Part shown: positions 35,135 through 48,800 of the stretch, piece by piece
How the letters are laid out: each line of letters begins with the position of its first letter
Numbering within the stretch: position 1 is the stretch's first letter
From: Guillardia theta CCMP2712
Taxonomy: Eukaryota; Protista; Cryptophyta
DNA: 64,000 nucleotides
NCBI RefSeq assembly: GCF_000315625.1
Contig: NW_005434510.1
Location: 45,782-109,781, forward strand
Direction of reading: 5' to 3'
Made by a program: the position numbers and the translations under genes
Notes under the pieces: model-generated
Database searches by the model: none
What the model saw: the letters and a program-made list of their open reading frames with translations, nothing else
Told to the model about the DNA's origin: nothing

Positions 35135-38100
35135 TTAATCTTTCTCATCTGCTTCTGCTTCTCCACCTTGCTGACGCGTCCTCGCTTCTCTCGTTGCTGC
35201 TCTCCTCCTTCCCCCACCATCATCTCGACCTGGCGGGCTCGTCGCCTTCACCTGCAGCTCGTCGTCCTCCTCCGTCGCCTCCTTCGCGCGCATGAACCTC
35301 CTCCTCCTCGCCTCCTGCATGCCCAGCTGCTTCCCCTGCTCCTTCCTCGGGGCTCGAGGGATCGCCGGCAGACTCTCAGCAACGGTGAGCTGCAGGTCCA
35401 GCTTCTGGAGGTCGCGCAGAGGAGGAGGAAGAGGAACGACCCACATGTCTCGTCCCACCAGCCTCATCCTGCCCAGCCGCAGCTGGACTGGGTGGTGGAA
35501 CTTGCTGAGCATCTTCTCCCTGACTGACCGGAAGCCGTTCCATGCAGCCTCCTCGATCTTGCAGAGGCTGATGAAGCCGAGGGCCGGGTCCAGGAAGGAC
35601 AGCATGGGCGCGTGGGCACCTGCGGAGAAGTCGAGAATGAGTTTCTTCCAGGGGATGGAGGCGAGGGGGGCTGCTCCTGTCTTGTCTTGCTTGAGCAGAA
35701 CGATCTCATCCTTGGTGTGACTGTACGCCAAGAAATCGAAGGGGGCCTGCATGCTCCTCCTCGGAGAGTTCAAGGGAGACAACAAGGGAGGAGGAGCAGG
35801 AGGAGCAGGAGGAGCAGGAGGAGCAGAAGCATCATCGCCGTCAGTACTTCTTTGCATTTCCTTCATCTGCTGCATCCTGAAATATTCTCTGAAAGCGTGT
35901 TGAGACAGAACCTTGGATCGCCGCATGAGAGCGGAATGACTCATCAGCTGCCGGTACGAGGCATCGACTCGCCTCCTGACCCTGTTCTCCTCCCCTTCCT
36001 GAGCTTCTTGATGGTGATGATGATGATGATGGCGGTGGTGGTGGTGGTGGTGGTGGTGGTGGTGATGATGTCTGCCTTTGATCGACATCTGATCCTCTGA
36101 AGCTTTGTTTGAGTGCTTGACCCTCGTTTCCCTCCTGTACGTGAACTTCTGGTAGTCCAACTCGAAGTCGACCGCTTCTCCTTCCCCCTCCAGCTCCTCC
36201 AGCTCCTCCTGCTCCTCCTGCTCCCCCTCCTGCTGCTCCTGCTCCTCCCCTCCGTCCCAACTCTGACTAGAACTCCCCTCCTCAGACTGTAGAGAGACTC
36301 CATCAGAGGACATGTCCCCGCTCTCGCTCTCGCTCTCGCTCTCCTCACCTTTCCCCTCCTCCTCCCCCTCCTCCTCTCGCAGGAAATGATCTCGAGACGC
36401 GTCTGAGCCGCTGCTGTCGGAACTCAGCAGCCGATGGGAGGAGGAGCCGGCAAGGGAGCCCTCCCGCAGGAGGGAGACCTTGCTCTTGGACTGCATCGAC
36501 TCCCACGAGGGCTGACTGAGAGACTTTTGGTTCCTCGGCCTCCTCTTCCCAGACGTCAACGAGAACGAGTCCTCTCCCCTCGGTGACGTCACTGACCCAG
36601 CGATCAAGGCGAACTCGTTCTGCTCCCAGTGAGTTCCGTCGGCCGGCAGCGACGGCCCGTCGAGGTCGACGAGCCGCCGGGAGATCTCCGAGTCGTCCAG
36701 AACGCTCAACTGACTTGACTCATGGGAGAACACCATGATAGGAGACAGCTCTCCCTCCCCCTCCTGCTCTCCCTCCCCCTCCTGCTCTCCCTCCCCCTCC
36801 TGCTCCTCCTGCTCCACCTCATCCCCCGCGGCATTAACGGAGGTCAAGGATCTCGTCCCTGCCTCGCTCCCGCTCCCGCTGCGAGCAAGGCTCTCCTGGA
36901 GGGATTGCTCTAGCTGGATGCCAGCTGGAAAAAAGGGCAGCTGAGAACCTCCTCCATCCTCGCCCAGCTGGAGTTGCCCAACGTCCAAGGGAGGAACAAC
37001 TCGATCTGTCGGTGTGGCGGCAGTACCAGAAACTTCAGCCTCGTCCTCGTCTCCTCCCTGACCCTCCAGCATGTCGAGCGCTTTTGATGTCTCCCCCTTC
37101 TCCCCCTCCTGCTCCCCCACATCCTTTCCCTCCTCCTTCTTGTCCTCCTGCTCCTGCTCCTCCTCTTCCTCCTCCTCAACCATCCCTGTGATCCAGAAAG
37201 TCGAAGTCTGATTCGACTCCGCTCCTCCCCCACCCTCCTTCCGCGGGGATCCCCTTCCCTCCACCCGCACCCCTGTTGCATCCTCTTCTTCCTCCTCCTC
37301 CGCCTCCTCCACCTCCCGAGGACTGGCTGGTGTACCCGGATCGATAGGAGGGGCAGGACAGCTCAACGTCGACTCCCTTGAAACGTCTTCCTGGACAGCA
37401 GCGGCAGCGGCAGCAGTTTCCTCCCCCTCCTCAGGAGCAGCCTGACCGTCTGAGGGAACCTCTGCTCCTGGTGACGGGACCTCATCCTCCGTCTCGGTCC
37501 TCTCTTGCAGCACACTCGACTCTGCTCCTCCCTCCTGCTCCTCCTCAGGCTCTTCGATACCTTCCCGCTCCCTGCTGTCGCTGGGGGGCAGAGGAGGCTG
37601 CAATTTACTCTCTTCCCTCTGCCTCTTCCACTCCTCGACCTGCAGCTCCTGGAGTCTTCTCAGCTCGGCGAGGGTCGCATCTCGCTCCTTGAGGTCTTCA
37701 GTCTGGAAGAAGGTCTGGATCAGGCCTAGCATCTGCTTCTGGACCCGCTCGTCAAGTTCGTTGTGGGAGTGCTGGACAAACTGCTGGAACTTGTGGACCT
37801 CGTCGTTCTGAGCCCGCGTCCTCTTCCCTATTACCTCGCTGCTGATCTTGTCCAAGATCATCTGCTTCCTCTGCTCCAGCTTGTCGGTAGCCTCCCCAGC
37901 CTCCTTGAGGAAGAGGATCAGCTTCGAGACGAACGCTCCCGTGTCCATGCGCTTGTGGAACTCCTCAAGGGTGAGGAAATAGTTGTAGAGCTCGAACGTG
38001 AAGGTTTCAAGCTGCCTCTGCGACTTGAGCTTGAGGAGGAAGGGTTCCAGGTAGAACTCCACGGGCTTGTACTTGTGCTTCTTGTCCATGGACTTCTTGT

Positions 38101-39779
38101 GGATCAGCCACTTGAGCAGGATCGTTCCCTTGGTGTTGGTCGCTTCCTCCTCTCCGATAAGACATCTTTTCTTCAGCTGCTCGATCTCAGACGTCACGTT
38201 TTCAATCATCGCCGCCTCCTTCTCCTTCCTGATCAAGAACTGGATGCTGGCCTTGAACTTGTTGAGCAGGAAGGAGGAGATCTCTTTGTTGTCGAACAGT
38301 CCTCGCAGGCTGCCAGCACCAGTCACTTCCTCTGCTCTAGCCATCAACATCTACCTCTTGTACGTCGACACCATCTCTTGCGTCGTGTCTGGCTGGCAGA
38401 CTTTCGGATCCTCTCGACAGCAGAACGCGTCCACGAGCTTCATGCCGTTCTCAAGCATCGCCATCTCCTTCTGCATCTGCTGTAGCTGCTCCTGCTCCAC
38501 CTCAGGGTCCGCCTGACGTACTTGCTGCATGTTCTCCTGATGGCGTTGCAGGAACATCTGGATGTACTCCTCCTCCTCCTTTTTCCTCTTCAGGTTCTGC
38601 AAGTGTCTCGATTTCACCACGAAGCTCCATCGCCTTATCAACCCGGAGAGCCAGTTGAGCTGGTAGAGGAACTCGCACTGGTACCTCGTCCAGAACTGAA
38701 GCCCGTCGCCTACCTCCTCTGAGATCGACCTGCTCGCTATCATCGCGATCGCCTTGCATGCCTCGCTCTTCGGCAGCCCCAGGTTCCACAAGATTCTCGT
38801 GGCTGCTGCCATCGCCGGCACGTCGAGGGCAGAGGGTGACGGGACCTCAGCGGCTCCCTCGTCCACCTCCTCACACTCCACCCCGACGATGAGCGTCGCT
38901 CCGATGTACTTGCCTCCCGGGCCCTTGAGACTCTTCGCCACCTGCTGCTGTGAGCTTGTGATGATGTCGGTCAGCTTCAAGTCAGCCCACGCGAGGATCG
39001 TCTCCTTCTCCTTGTCCTCCTGCCCTCTCTCCACCAGCTGCTCCAGCACGTCAGACCATCACCACAGCCCAGCACGTTTCCCAGCTCATCTCTCACCAGC
39101 ACTCGCAGGTAGGAGGAAGGACGCTTGATCATGAGCGACAGGTCCTCGTCCAGCCAGGCGCTGCCGGTCAAACTTCGGTTGGTCAACCTGATCTTGTAGT
39201 TCTCAACCACGATGTGACACTCGGGGTCGTTGTGCGGAGACAGCTCGGAGAAGGTCATGTCCTTGAGCTCTACGTTCAAGATGCGGACCACGGCAGGAAG
39301 TTTCAGGGGCAAGTTCAGCTCTCTGATCCTCCTCCTCATCGCCATCTCCTCTCGCAGACCTCTCACCATCCCCGTGGTGATGACAATGTCCTTGCTAACC
39401 AGGGACTCGAACCAGCTGCTCGCAGCTAGCGCGATCACCCGACGGAACTCCGCGCGAGGGTTCACCTTTAGCTTCATCGAAGAGGCGTTGCGAGTCTGCA
39501 TCAAATTTGTCAGCGCCAGCCTCTTCCTCTCAAGTCACGTCCGTACGAGTTGAAACTCGTTCTTGTCCTCCGCCGGTCTGCAGGAGCTGAGGATCTGCAA
39601 GAGCGTCAGGAAGCGAGCTCAAGGCTCCTCTCATGCATGTACCGCAGTCACGACTGCGCTGATCTCCGCCAGGCACTTCATCTTAGTCTGCTGGTCCAGC
39701 TCCACGTTCCCCTCCAGCAGATCAATCTGCAAATCCCGTCACCACCTCGAGGTACCGACTGCTGCCTCTGACTTACCAT
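35135..39779 (-). CDS. large hypothetical coiled-coil/acidic protein with poly-His tract, multi-exon (5' end approximate)
   Basis: ORFs 38977-39504, 38351-39049 and 35135-38350 join through short GT-AG introns, e.g. a 45-nt intron gtagat...ggcag at about 38354-38310. No family recognised. Confidence 0.7.
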
Positions 39780-39804
39780 CGCCTCCCCTCACTCAAGGAG
39801 ACTT

Positions 39805-39875
39805 CAACACCAGGAGCTAAGGGTAGACCAACACCAGGAGCTAAGGGTAGACCAACACCAGGAGCTAAGGGTAGA
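39805..39875. repeat. 24-bp tandem repeat x3
   Basis: CAACACCAGGAGCTAAGGGTAGAC units at 39805, 39829 and 39853. Confidence 0.9.
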
Positions 39876-40060
39876 GCACGTATCTCTCCCCGTTACTCTC
39901 ACTCCCTCCTGCCCCCTTCACTCATAGCACCAGCTCAGGGTGTTTGTTCAGAGCTCATAACATCTCATCGTCGTCATCGGTCGTAGTCTTGTCAGCAGGG
40001 AGGCTCCTGGCCTCTTCTGTCTCTCATTCATCCACCCACACACGCTTCCCTTTCATGTGT

Positions 40061-40128
40061 GCTGTGCTGTGCTGTGCTGTGCTGTGCTGTGCTGTGCTGT
40101 GCTGTGCTGTGCTGTGCTGTGCTGTGCT
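40061..40128. repeat. (GCTGT)n pentanucleotide microsatellite
   Basis: About 13 perfect units between divergent genes. Confidence 0.95.
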
Positions 40129-40251
40129 CCTCTCTTCTCTTCTCACCCAACAGCATCTACTACTGGTCGTACTGTCGTTGGGGTCTGTCAGGTCTGTCGG
40201 GTCGGGCAAATTGGGGGTACGAGCGGGGACGAGGTTGGTGGGTTAGGAAAC

Positions 40252-41120
40252 ATGCGAAGGCGGCGGGGGAGTATGGCAGTAGCGCTTGTGCTGGCGGCGT
40301 CATGCTGGGTGAGTGGAGGACAAGAGTGTGGGACCCTCGACCAAGTGCAGTCATGCAGAGAAGACTGTGGAAGCTGTGCGGCAAGTGCGTGCTGTGCGCT
40401 TGAATGGGACCTCCCTTCAACCTCGGGCATGGACTTCGCGCAAAAAATTCTGGGCATGGCAGCAAGCGGGGGCCCTGATACGCTCTATCAGTTGCAAGGA
40501 CACGTTGCAAACTACGGCAACTGGAGTTTTGACATCTATGATGAATCGCCGAGGAAGATACAGGTGGGTGAAGTAGAAAATTTCAAGGGAAAAGCAGCAT
40601 TGTACCGAACAGTTCGCGCAAATTTCGTGAGATGTCGTTAGAGTTCGATCGTGCAAGGGTAGTGTATATGAGCAGTCAGATATCAGACAGTGAGAAGAAG
40701 AGCTGTTGGTGTGAAGGAACGAGGAGGACATGCATGCGTAGTAAAGTCCGAGTCAAAGGAAGTGAAGCAAGTATGTAGCTGAAGGTTTTTACTTGCAAGC
40801 CTTCTCTTTCTGTCGCTCTTCTGACTTGAGACCGGCAGATGTTTCACGTTCCTCCTGAATGGGCGGCGAGCAACTTCGGCCTTGGGGTCCGTCGAGTGGA
40901 CGAGATCTCACTAAGTATCTTCGATGCCTCCTCCTCCTCCTCCCGCGTCGTCGCCTTCAGTCGCTCCAGCCCAGCGTCAGTGGCGTTCCAGTGCGATGGA
41001 GGAAGCAACTACCAGGGGCTAGTGACGCTCATCCTCAACAGCGGCGTCTCTTCCTTCCGGCAGCGAACTCTGTACGGATGCTTTGAGCAGGCTCTGGGAA
41101 CGATCCCGTCGAAGCCATGA
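40252..41120 (+). CDS. secreted Cys-rich hypothetical protein (2 exons)
   Basis: Signal peptide MAVALVLAASCWVSGG, Cys-rich N-terminus, intron about 40628-40838, second exon VDEISLSIFD...VVAFSRS...CDGGSNY with a weak DUF1499-like appearance. Confidence 0.65.
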
Positions 41121-41667
41121 GGAGGAGGAGTAAGCTCGATGCGAGTAGCGCCGCCTGCTCTTGTAACATAGTTGTTGATGTCAAATCGCGCATCCTCTCT
41201 CTCTCTCTTCATGACCCGCCCTCCCTCCCTCCTCTCCACTCTCCTTCATGCTTCCTCCCGTCGTCCGCTGCTACTCGGGATAAGGACGCACACCACCTAC
41301 CATCGCGATGCTCTCCCTCCTCCTCCTCCTTCTCCTCCTCCTCCTCCTCCTCCTCCCGCACTTCTCCTCCTCTTCACGCCCCCTTCATCCTCCCCTCCCT
41401 CCTCCCGCCCCCTCCGCTGTCGTTCTCCTGCTCCTCCCTCCGACGGCCCCATTCCCGGGACTCTATTTGTACGGGCGCAATGGCCGGAGACTGCACGAGT
41501 GGGACGGGAGGGGCAGGGAAGCAGAGGAGGGAGGGAGGGAGGGAGGAGGAGGAATGGTGAAGAGATGGAGGAGGGTGGGAGGGAGGGAGGAGGAGGAATG
41601 GTGAAGAGATGGAGGAAGGCAATGGGCGATCTATTATGCGTCATAGAGCGTGAGGAAAGCAGAGGAG

Positions 41668-44600
41668 ATGCAGAGTTCTCTTGCAGCGTCCATCCTCCTC
41701 CTCCTCCTCCTCCTCGCCTCCAGTTTGCATGAGACCGGAGAAGCTGAACTCACGCGTGAGAGTCCCCACTCGGCACTCCCGGCATGCACAGCGGCAGGGA
41801 GGTGCTGGTTGGCATGCAGGGCAAGGGGAGGAAGAGGGCAGGAGTTCAGCGACGACGTCTCCGAGGAGGAGAGGAGGTCAGGATGGGCTCGGCACAGAAG
41901 CAGAGCTCCTGACTTGGATGCAGGTATGGAGAAGCAAGGAAGAGGTCGTATGAAGGACACCCTCACGAGACGACCCCGCACAAGTTCAAGAGGAATAGGA
42001 GGGAGATTCCTTCTCCTGCTGATCCTGCCTTGGATGTCGACGACTGGGGAGCCAACGTTAAGAGTGCATGGGGGAAGGAGGAGGAGGAGGAGGAGGAGGA
42101 GGGGAAGGAGTGGAGGCAAAGGGAGCGTGTGGAGGAGGTGGCATACAACTGGAGGCTCCAAGGCAACGAGGAAGGAGCTGGCGATGTGAGAGAGGCGGAG
42201 GAGAACATCACAGCAGCGAGCAACGTGACAAGGCAGTGGTCCAGCAAGGCCAGGATCAAGGACCCGGAGGTCATGGCAGCGGTGAAGACGGGAGTGAGGA
42301 CAGGGGAGCTGAAGACGCTGAAGAAGGGGTTCGGATTCATTCGCATGCATCCTGTTGGGGAGGAGCCCAAGGTAGACATCTTCTTCGAGGTCACCGATCA
42401 GAACCTCCACGACCTCAGGGGCCTGCTGGTGGGTCAGAAGGTTCAGTTCATCTTGGACTTCGGACCTCACAACCTGCTGCGAGCTTACAGCGTTCAGAAG
42501 TTTGTGAATCAGAGTGAAGTCGATCCCATCGCCAACCTGCTGATCGCCCACGACCTCCCGACGTCGTTTGCGGGGAGATTGCCGCGGCATCTCATGGGTA
42601 ATGGTGGTGGTGGTGGACTTTGTGGAGGTTTCGATGCTTGAGATGATGGAGATGATGAAGAAGACTATTGAGGATGGGGAGGAGGACGAGGACGAGGACG
42701 AGAACGAGGACGAGGAGGGGAGAGGGGGGGGGTTGGGTAGCGGAGGAGGAGGAGAGAGGAAGACGTGACGTCTGCTTTGGAACTTTCTGACTGAAGGTGA
42801 TGGTGCAGGTCCTTTCGCATGGGACGAGGTCTCAATCATGAACTACGCGTCCAAGATGCGGAAGAGGAGGGAGTACGAAAAGAAACATCCCCGTCCCAAG
42901 ATCGACAAGGAAGGATTTCCTATTCTCGAGCCAGGGATGCAGCGGAAGGGAGGGGCAGGGCCGGTGGGAGGGATGGAGAAGGGTGCAGATGGAGAGCTGG
43001 AGGAGGAGGAGGAGGAGGAGAAAGAGGTTGAGAAACAACCGCGGAAGAAGAAAGCGAGGAGAAGGAGGAAGAAGAAGCCGAGGAAGAAGAAGAAGACAGC
43101 GCGAGAGATCGAGGACGAGATGGGGGAGGAGAGCAATACGTGGATAGAGTTTCTGCCAGAGATAGAGTATAGAGGAGGCGAACGATGGGAAAGGAGGACA
43201 GATGATAAGGGCAGAGCATTCTACATCGACTGGAAGAGTCTCAAGTCGCAGCGGGAGCCTCCAAGGGGAAGGGAGGGGAAGGGAGAGATGCTGGAGAAGG
43301 CAGCGTGGGAGCAGGATGGGGAAGAGGACGAGGAGATTAGGCTTCTTGCAGGGACGAGAGGATGGGAGGTCGGGGATATAGATTTGCAGCAACAGGAGCG
43401 GCAGGAGGAGATGAAGGAGGAGGAGGAGGAGGGAGAGGTGGAGGAGATGGAGCCGATTTCCATCAGCTCGGCGGACTGCTGGGACAAGGATGTGGGGGAG
43501 ATGGACGAGAAGGACCGGGAAAATCAGCTGAAGAGTCTGCTGGCCATGACGATGGATGTGGACGCTTTGCGTATCCTCGTTGACGGGAAGTTTGACCGCA
43601 AGATGTCAAAGTTGCTGCATAGCAGCGAAGGGGTGAAGGAGTTTGTTAGGAGGATGCAGGAGGACTGGAAGAAGTTCGACCACCTGGATGGGAGCAAGAT
43701 GATGAGCAGGCTGTTAGCGATGAGGGCGGAGGAGAGGAGAGGCTGGATAGAACAGTTTGGCGAGCAACTGCTGGGGTTGACTGAGCAGGACGCAAGAGGG
43801 AGCGGGGGGAGTGACGGAGGGCAAGAGGGCGAGGGGAAAGGAACCCCGTTGCTGCAGCTGCTGACGGGAAGGTCAGCAGGGGAGGAAAGAAAAGTCTCCA
43901 AGTTCTTCCAGATCGGAGCTCGATACATCAAGCTCCCTCCTGCGCTGCGGGGGACTGAGTTCGAGAAGTTGTGGAAGGCGTGTCTAGAGCACTACAACGA
44001 GGTCAACGCAATCTGTGCTTCCATCAACGACGGCAGCCTCTCCAACTTCCGTGGCGAGGACGCTGCGGCCAGCAGCTCGGGGTACTCAGTGGGCAGCAAG
44101 AGGGTCCTCAGTGACGGAAAGTGCACCAGCGACGTTCTCACACAACCCCTCCTGCAACTCGAAGAGAAGTTGCGAGAGGCCGGGCGAGGGGAGAAGGAGG
44201 AGGAGGAGGAGGAGGAGGAGGAGGAGGAGGCCAGGCTGAAGCAGCGGATGGCAGTGCTGGACATAGTTTGCCCTCAGCTGAACCTCTGGGAGGAGTGCAT
44301 GAAGCAAGGAGACGACATGATCGCAGACAGTGAGAGCATGAAGAGATTCGTGGCGGGGACTTTCTCCGGCTCCTCCTCTCCTCTCATCAACGCCCTGGGC
44401 GTCATCATCAGAGAGAAGGAGGACAAGGACAAAGAGCCGAAGCAGCAGCAGCAGCAGCAGGGGAAGGAGGAAGGAGAGGCGGGACAGCAGATGGCAGCGG
44501 CTCTAGAGCTCCTTCAGGCTTGCGATGAGAGGACCAGGGCTCGGTTCGAGGTCGCGCAGCTCCAGCTCGCCTACAGCAACGTCTCCAGCTACGACCCTTG

Positions 44601-45693
44601 CAAGCTCCTCTTCTGCCTCCTGAGGGCTGAGGTGATCCTTCCCTTCCAACAGCTCGACCTCGCCGAGCTCAACTGGCAGCCCAGCTCTATCTCTGCTGTC
44701 CTCCAGCAGAGGATCCAGAGCTCGCTGCTGGGGGCTGGCGTCAGGGTTGTCAGAGTGCACGGGGAGGAGGGGGAGGAGGGGGCAGAGCTGCTTCTTCACC
44801 GCAGGATGTGGAACGCGTCTCAGCATGGCGACTTGCCAACTCTCCAGCAGGCCCTGGAGAAGGGAGCACATCCCAACTACGTGCGGTCCGACATGCTGGG
44901 CTTCTCAGCCCTCCATGCTGCCTGCTCGCAGGGGCACGTCGAGGCTGTCCAACTGCTGCTGGGGAAGGGAGCGGATCCGAACATGACGGACTTCGAGATG
45001 AACAGTCCTCTCTTCCTCTCCTCCTTCTCCGGCAGCTCCTCCTGCATGCAAGCCCTCCTCCTCGCCGGCGCCTCCCCCGACGTGCCCAACAAGCTCGGCT
45101 ACTCCCCGCTGCACGTGGCAGCTCAGACTGGCTTCCAGGAGGGGGTCGAGCTCCTGCTGCGCGCTGGGGGCGACCCCTTCCTCCGGAGCTACGACGGCAC
45201 CACCGCCCTCGAGCTTGCTGAGCAATCGAACCACTCGGAGATAGTCAAGCTCCTCCGTCGGGCGTGCGGACGAGGGGGGGAGGAGGAGGCGCCGGTCGTC
45301 TTCCACATCCTCCTCAAGCACTCCCGCTCTCGTCGTCTCTCCTCCCCTCGAGACCCCGCGGGCATCGCCATCCGACAGCGAACTGAAGAAGAGGCGAGGA
45401 GGCAGCTGCTGCGAGTGCGAGAGACGTTGATCTCTATCGCACAAAACAAGTCAGGAGGAGGAGGAGCTGCTGCAGCAGGAGTAGGAGCAGATGTGATGGA
45501 GGCGACTTTCAGAGAGTTGGCCGCGAATATGTCGGACTGTCGGAGCTCCGAGCATGGCGGACTTCTTGGGGAGCTGAGAGGGGAGAGGATAGAAGGGAGC
45601 TTTCGACGAGCAGCCCAGGACCTCAGCAAAGGAGAACTTTCCCAGCTCGTGTCCACCTCGTCTGGTGTACATCTCATCCTCAGGAAGCGATGA
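41668..45693 (+). CDS. signal peptide + cold-shock domain + WW + ankyrin repeats + parvulin (Pin1-like) PPIase fusion protein
   Basis: SP MQSSLAASILLLLLLLASSL. CSD TGELKTLKKGFGFI...DIFF...LLVGQKVQF. WW RWERRTDDKGRAFYIDWKSLKSQREPP. ANK GFSALHAACSQGHVEAVQLLLGKGADPN, GYSPLHVAAQTG. Parvulin HILLKHSRSRR...FRELAANMSDCRSSEHGGLLG...VSTSSGVHLILR. Two introns (about 41877-41923 and 42598-42808) join the ORFs in frame. Confidence 0.85.
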
Positions 45694-45897
45694 TGTGTAT
45701 GTCTGCAACTAATGAAATGTGTGTTGAAAAGGCCAAGTCTGTTATCAGTGTCGGGATGGTTGACAACACAATCCTGCACATCCTCGTTGAATCCTCAGAC
45801 AACCCCTTCGGACCTGTGTTGTTCTTCATTTCATTAGCTTTACAAACTGCACTTTCCATTCATCTTGCACCAAACGACCTTCATCATGGAATATCCC

Positions 45898-48800
45898 TCA
45901 TGTCAACATGCATGCTCTTATTTCTGCCTCGTACTCGTCTATCGCTGCGAGGTGATCCATCGGCAACAAAGTTCCTGCAGGCTCATAAAAGCTTGTAGAG
46001 GAGGAGGAGGAGGAGGACGGAGGAGGAGGGAGGAGGAAGGAGGAAGGAGGGAGGAGGGAGGAGGGAGCAGGGAGTACCTTGCGAGAGTTGGCTCGCAGCT
46101 ACGTTTGGCTTTTGAGGTCTAGAAGGGGATCAGCAGCATCGACAAGCAGGAGGACAAGTGAAGTTACGTCAGAGCCGTCGAGGGCTGCCAGCCTTGAGTC
46201 TTCACCTTCTTCACCAGAACATCCGCTTGTTGCTGCTCCATCGTCACCCGCCGTCACCGCTCCTCCCCTCCGTCCCTCTTACCCTCCTCCTCCCCTCTGC
46301 TTCTTCTACACTCCCCTCCTGCCTCTTCTGCAACTCTGCTCTCTACGTCTGCCTGCTTCTCTCCCTGCTTACCCCTCCTCCCTCCACCATTCCCTCCCTC
46401 TCTCCTGTTACCAGATCCATCAAGAAGCGGTCGGCAACCTGGTTCGCCATGCGCTGACAAGAGACCATCTGTTCGAACCTGTCCTTGGACGCCGCACTGA
46501 GGTTGACAGGCTGACGCAGCGTATGCGAGTCTTCATCTTCATTCGTCTGCATGAGCTCGTAGGAAGCGACGAATGTGTCCTCTATCGACTTTGAGAGCTG
46601 CATAACCAGCTTTAGAACTCATCCCCTCTCCCATTATCCTGCTCCTGCTCCTGCTCCTTGGATGGTTCACACGTATGCCTTTCTTCCCTGATTTGCCGAT
46701 CTTCCTCCTCCTCACTTATCTCCTCCTCATCTATACCTCCTCCTCTTCCTCCTCTTCTTCTACTTCTCACTGCTCACCTCCCCCTCTTCCCTCCTCTCCT
46801 CTCCTCTCCTCTCCTCTCCTCTCCTCTCCTCTCCCCTCCCCTCCCCTCCCCTCCTCTCCTCTCCCTCTCCCCTCTTCTCCTCTCCTCTCCTCTCCTCTCC
46901 TCTCCTCTACTCTTCCTCCCTCCTTACCTGATAGATTCGATTCTCCATCGCGCGAAACCCCTAGCCTACCCCACCCTCAGTGAAACAAATTTCCACCACC
47001 ACCCACCCTATTTTCAACATACCATGACCTCCCTGAGTACCCCACTTCAATGCCTACTACCCCTTCACCAATCCTTGCCCTGACGAAATGGCCCAACAAG
47101 GCTCAGTAGAGGAGGAGGAGGAGGAGGAGGATGGAGACTAGGGGAAGGAGGAGGAGGAGGAGGCACGAACTTCAACGTGGCTGTGGAGACATTCTTTCAT
47201 TCATGCGCTCGAGCTATGGAAAGAGGTCCTCCGCATGCAGAAGAAACTCGTTCACGATGGAGCAGCAGACAGGAGCCTCCATGGTCACCTTGCAGGCAAG
47301 TCACCGACTCCATCCTCCTCCTCCCCTCTCTCCCTCACCGTCAGCACGTCATCGGACGATCGGAGCATGCACGGGCCGAGCGATACCGCCAACCACCACC
47401 TACAATGCTGGAATGAGACTGAGGGGAGCGTTCAGTCGGAGCACTACCTGACCCTCTGCTGTGCCCTCGCCTTCACTTGCTCCGCTGCCTCTCCGGCTTC
47501 ACTCTGCTCCTGCCCCATGTCAGCTCCGTCGCCCTGCCCTCGTTCCTCCACCTTGACGGGAAGGAAGGCGATTTTGCTGAGGTACCGCAAGAGCCTCCTA
47601 GCGGTCACGTAGTGCGATTTGGGCATGCTACAAGGGAGAAAGTCAGCCAGGAGAAGCACAGGAGAGGAGATATAACGTCTCAACAATGACGTAGAAAGTC
47701 TGGATGGGGAAAACACGTTCTCCCTCCTCCTCCTCCTTGCTCCCTTGTGCGCAGAACTTGCGATACTCCTCCAAGATGGCAGCGCTGACGTTGTAGGGGA
47801 AGAGAGGCTGGGGGAGGAGGAAGAGGTACTCCTTCAGGAGGGCGAAGTGAACCAAGATGTTGTCCGAGGGGATCTTGGCAGCGGGAGCATCGTCCAGCAG
47901 CTGCTTGCTGACTTCGATCTGTTCTCTGATGTCCTGGTAGCCATTGCTCGGGGCGATGAGCATGTCCAGATCCGAAGCCTTCTTCTTGGCGCCCATCCCG
48001 TCCGCAAGGTGGAGGACGAGAGGAGGATGCGAGTGCTGGTGCCCTGGGAGACCGCTGCCGTGCCTTTCCCCCGGAAGGTCGAGGGAGGAGGCCAGCTCTG
48101 CTAGGATGTTCTCGAGGACGATGGGGGATCGCTCCTCCCTGCGGTGAGAGGATGTAAGGAGGGAAGGCGTGCGAGGAAGGAGGGGGCGCGTTACCTCAGT
48201 CCTCCACATGACGCTATCACTTCCATCTCCCTCCTGACCACAACCTGGGGCCGTTAGTTCACCACGGGGTCTAGAGTGGCGCACATTGACATGTAACAGT
48301 TGAAGGTAAGATGTAAAGGTAACAGTGAAATGTAGTAAACAACAGAGCGTGTGACGTGATGCGATGTGATGTACAAGGACAAGTGACAAGTGGAGGGGAG
48401 CGGAAGGGAGGAGGGGGAAGAGGAAGGGAGGCAGTGGGTTCCTTACCTGGAGGGCAACTCCGAAGGAGGCGATAGGGTGTTGTAGCATCTTGTAGAAATG
48501 AACTGACGACTGCTTGGCCGCCTGACCTGCCGTAGGGGCGAGTGACGGGGCTGGTGATACAGCAGGTTATGAGTCCTCTCCTACCAAAGTCTCCGATCTC
48601 CTTGAGCAGCCTCGTTCTCACCGTCTGCCGCCAGACTGCGTTCCTCTCCCCCGCCTNNNNNNNNNNNNNNNNNNNNNNNNNNNNNNNNNNNNNNNNNNNN
48701 NNNNNNNNNNNNNNNNNNNNNNNNNNNNNNNNNNNNNNNNNNNNNNNNNNNNNNNNNNNNNNNNNNNNNNNNNNNNNNNNNNNNNNNNNNNNNNNNNNNN

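Noticed and set aside
38310-38354. Apparent stop-codon readthrough between in-frame ORFs 38351-39049 and 35135-38350
   Set aside because: The TAG lies within a 45-nt GT-AG intron (gtagat...gtgactggtgctggcag on the minus strand). Ordinary splicing removes it.
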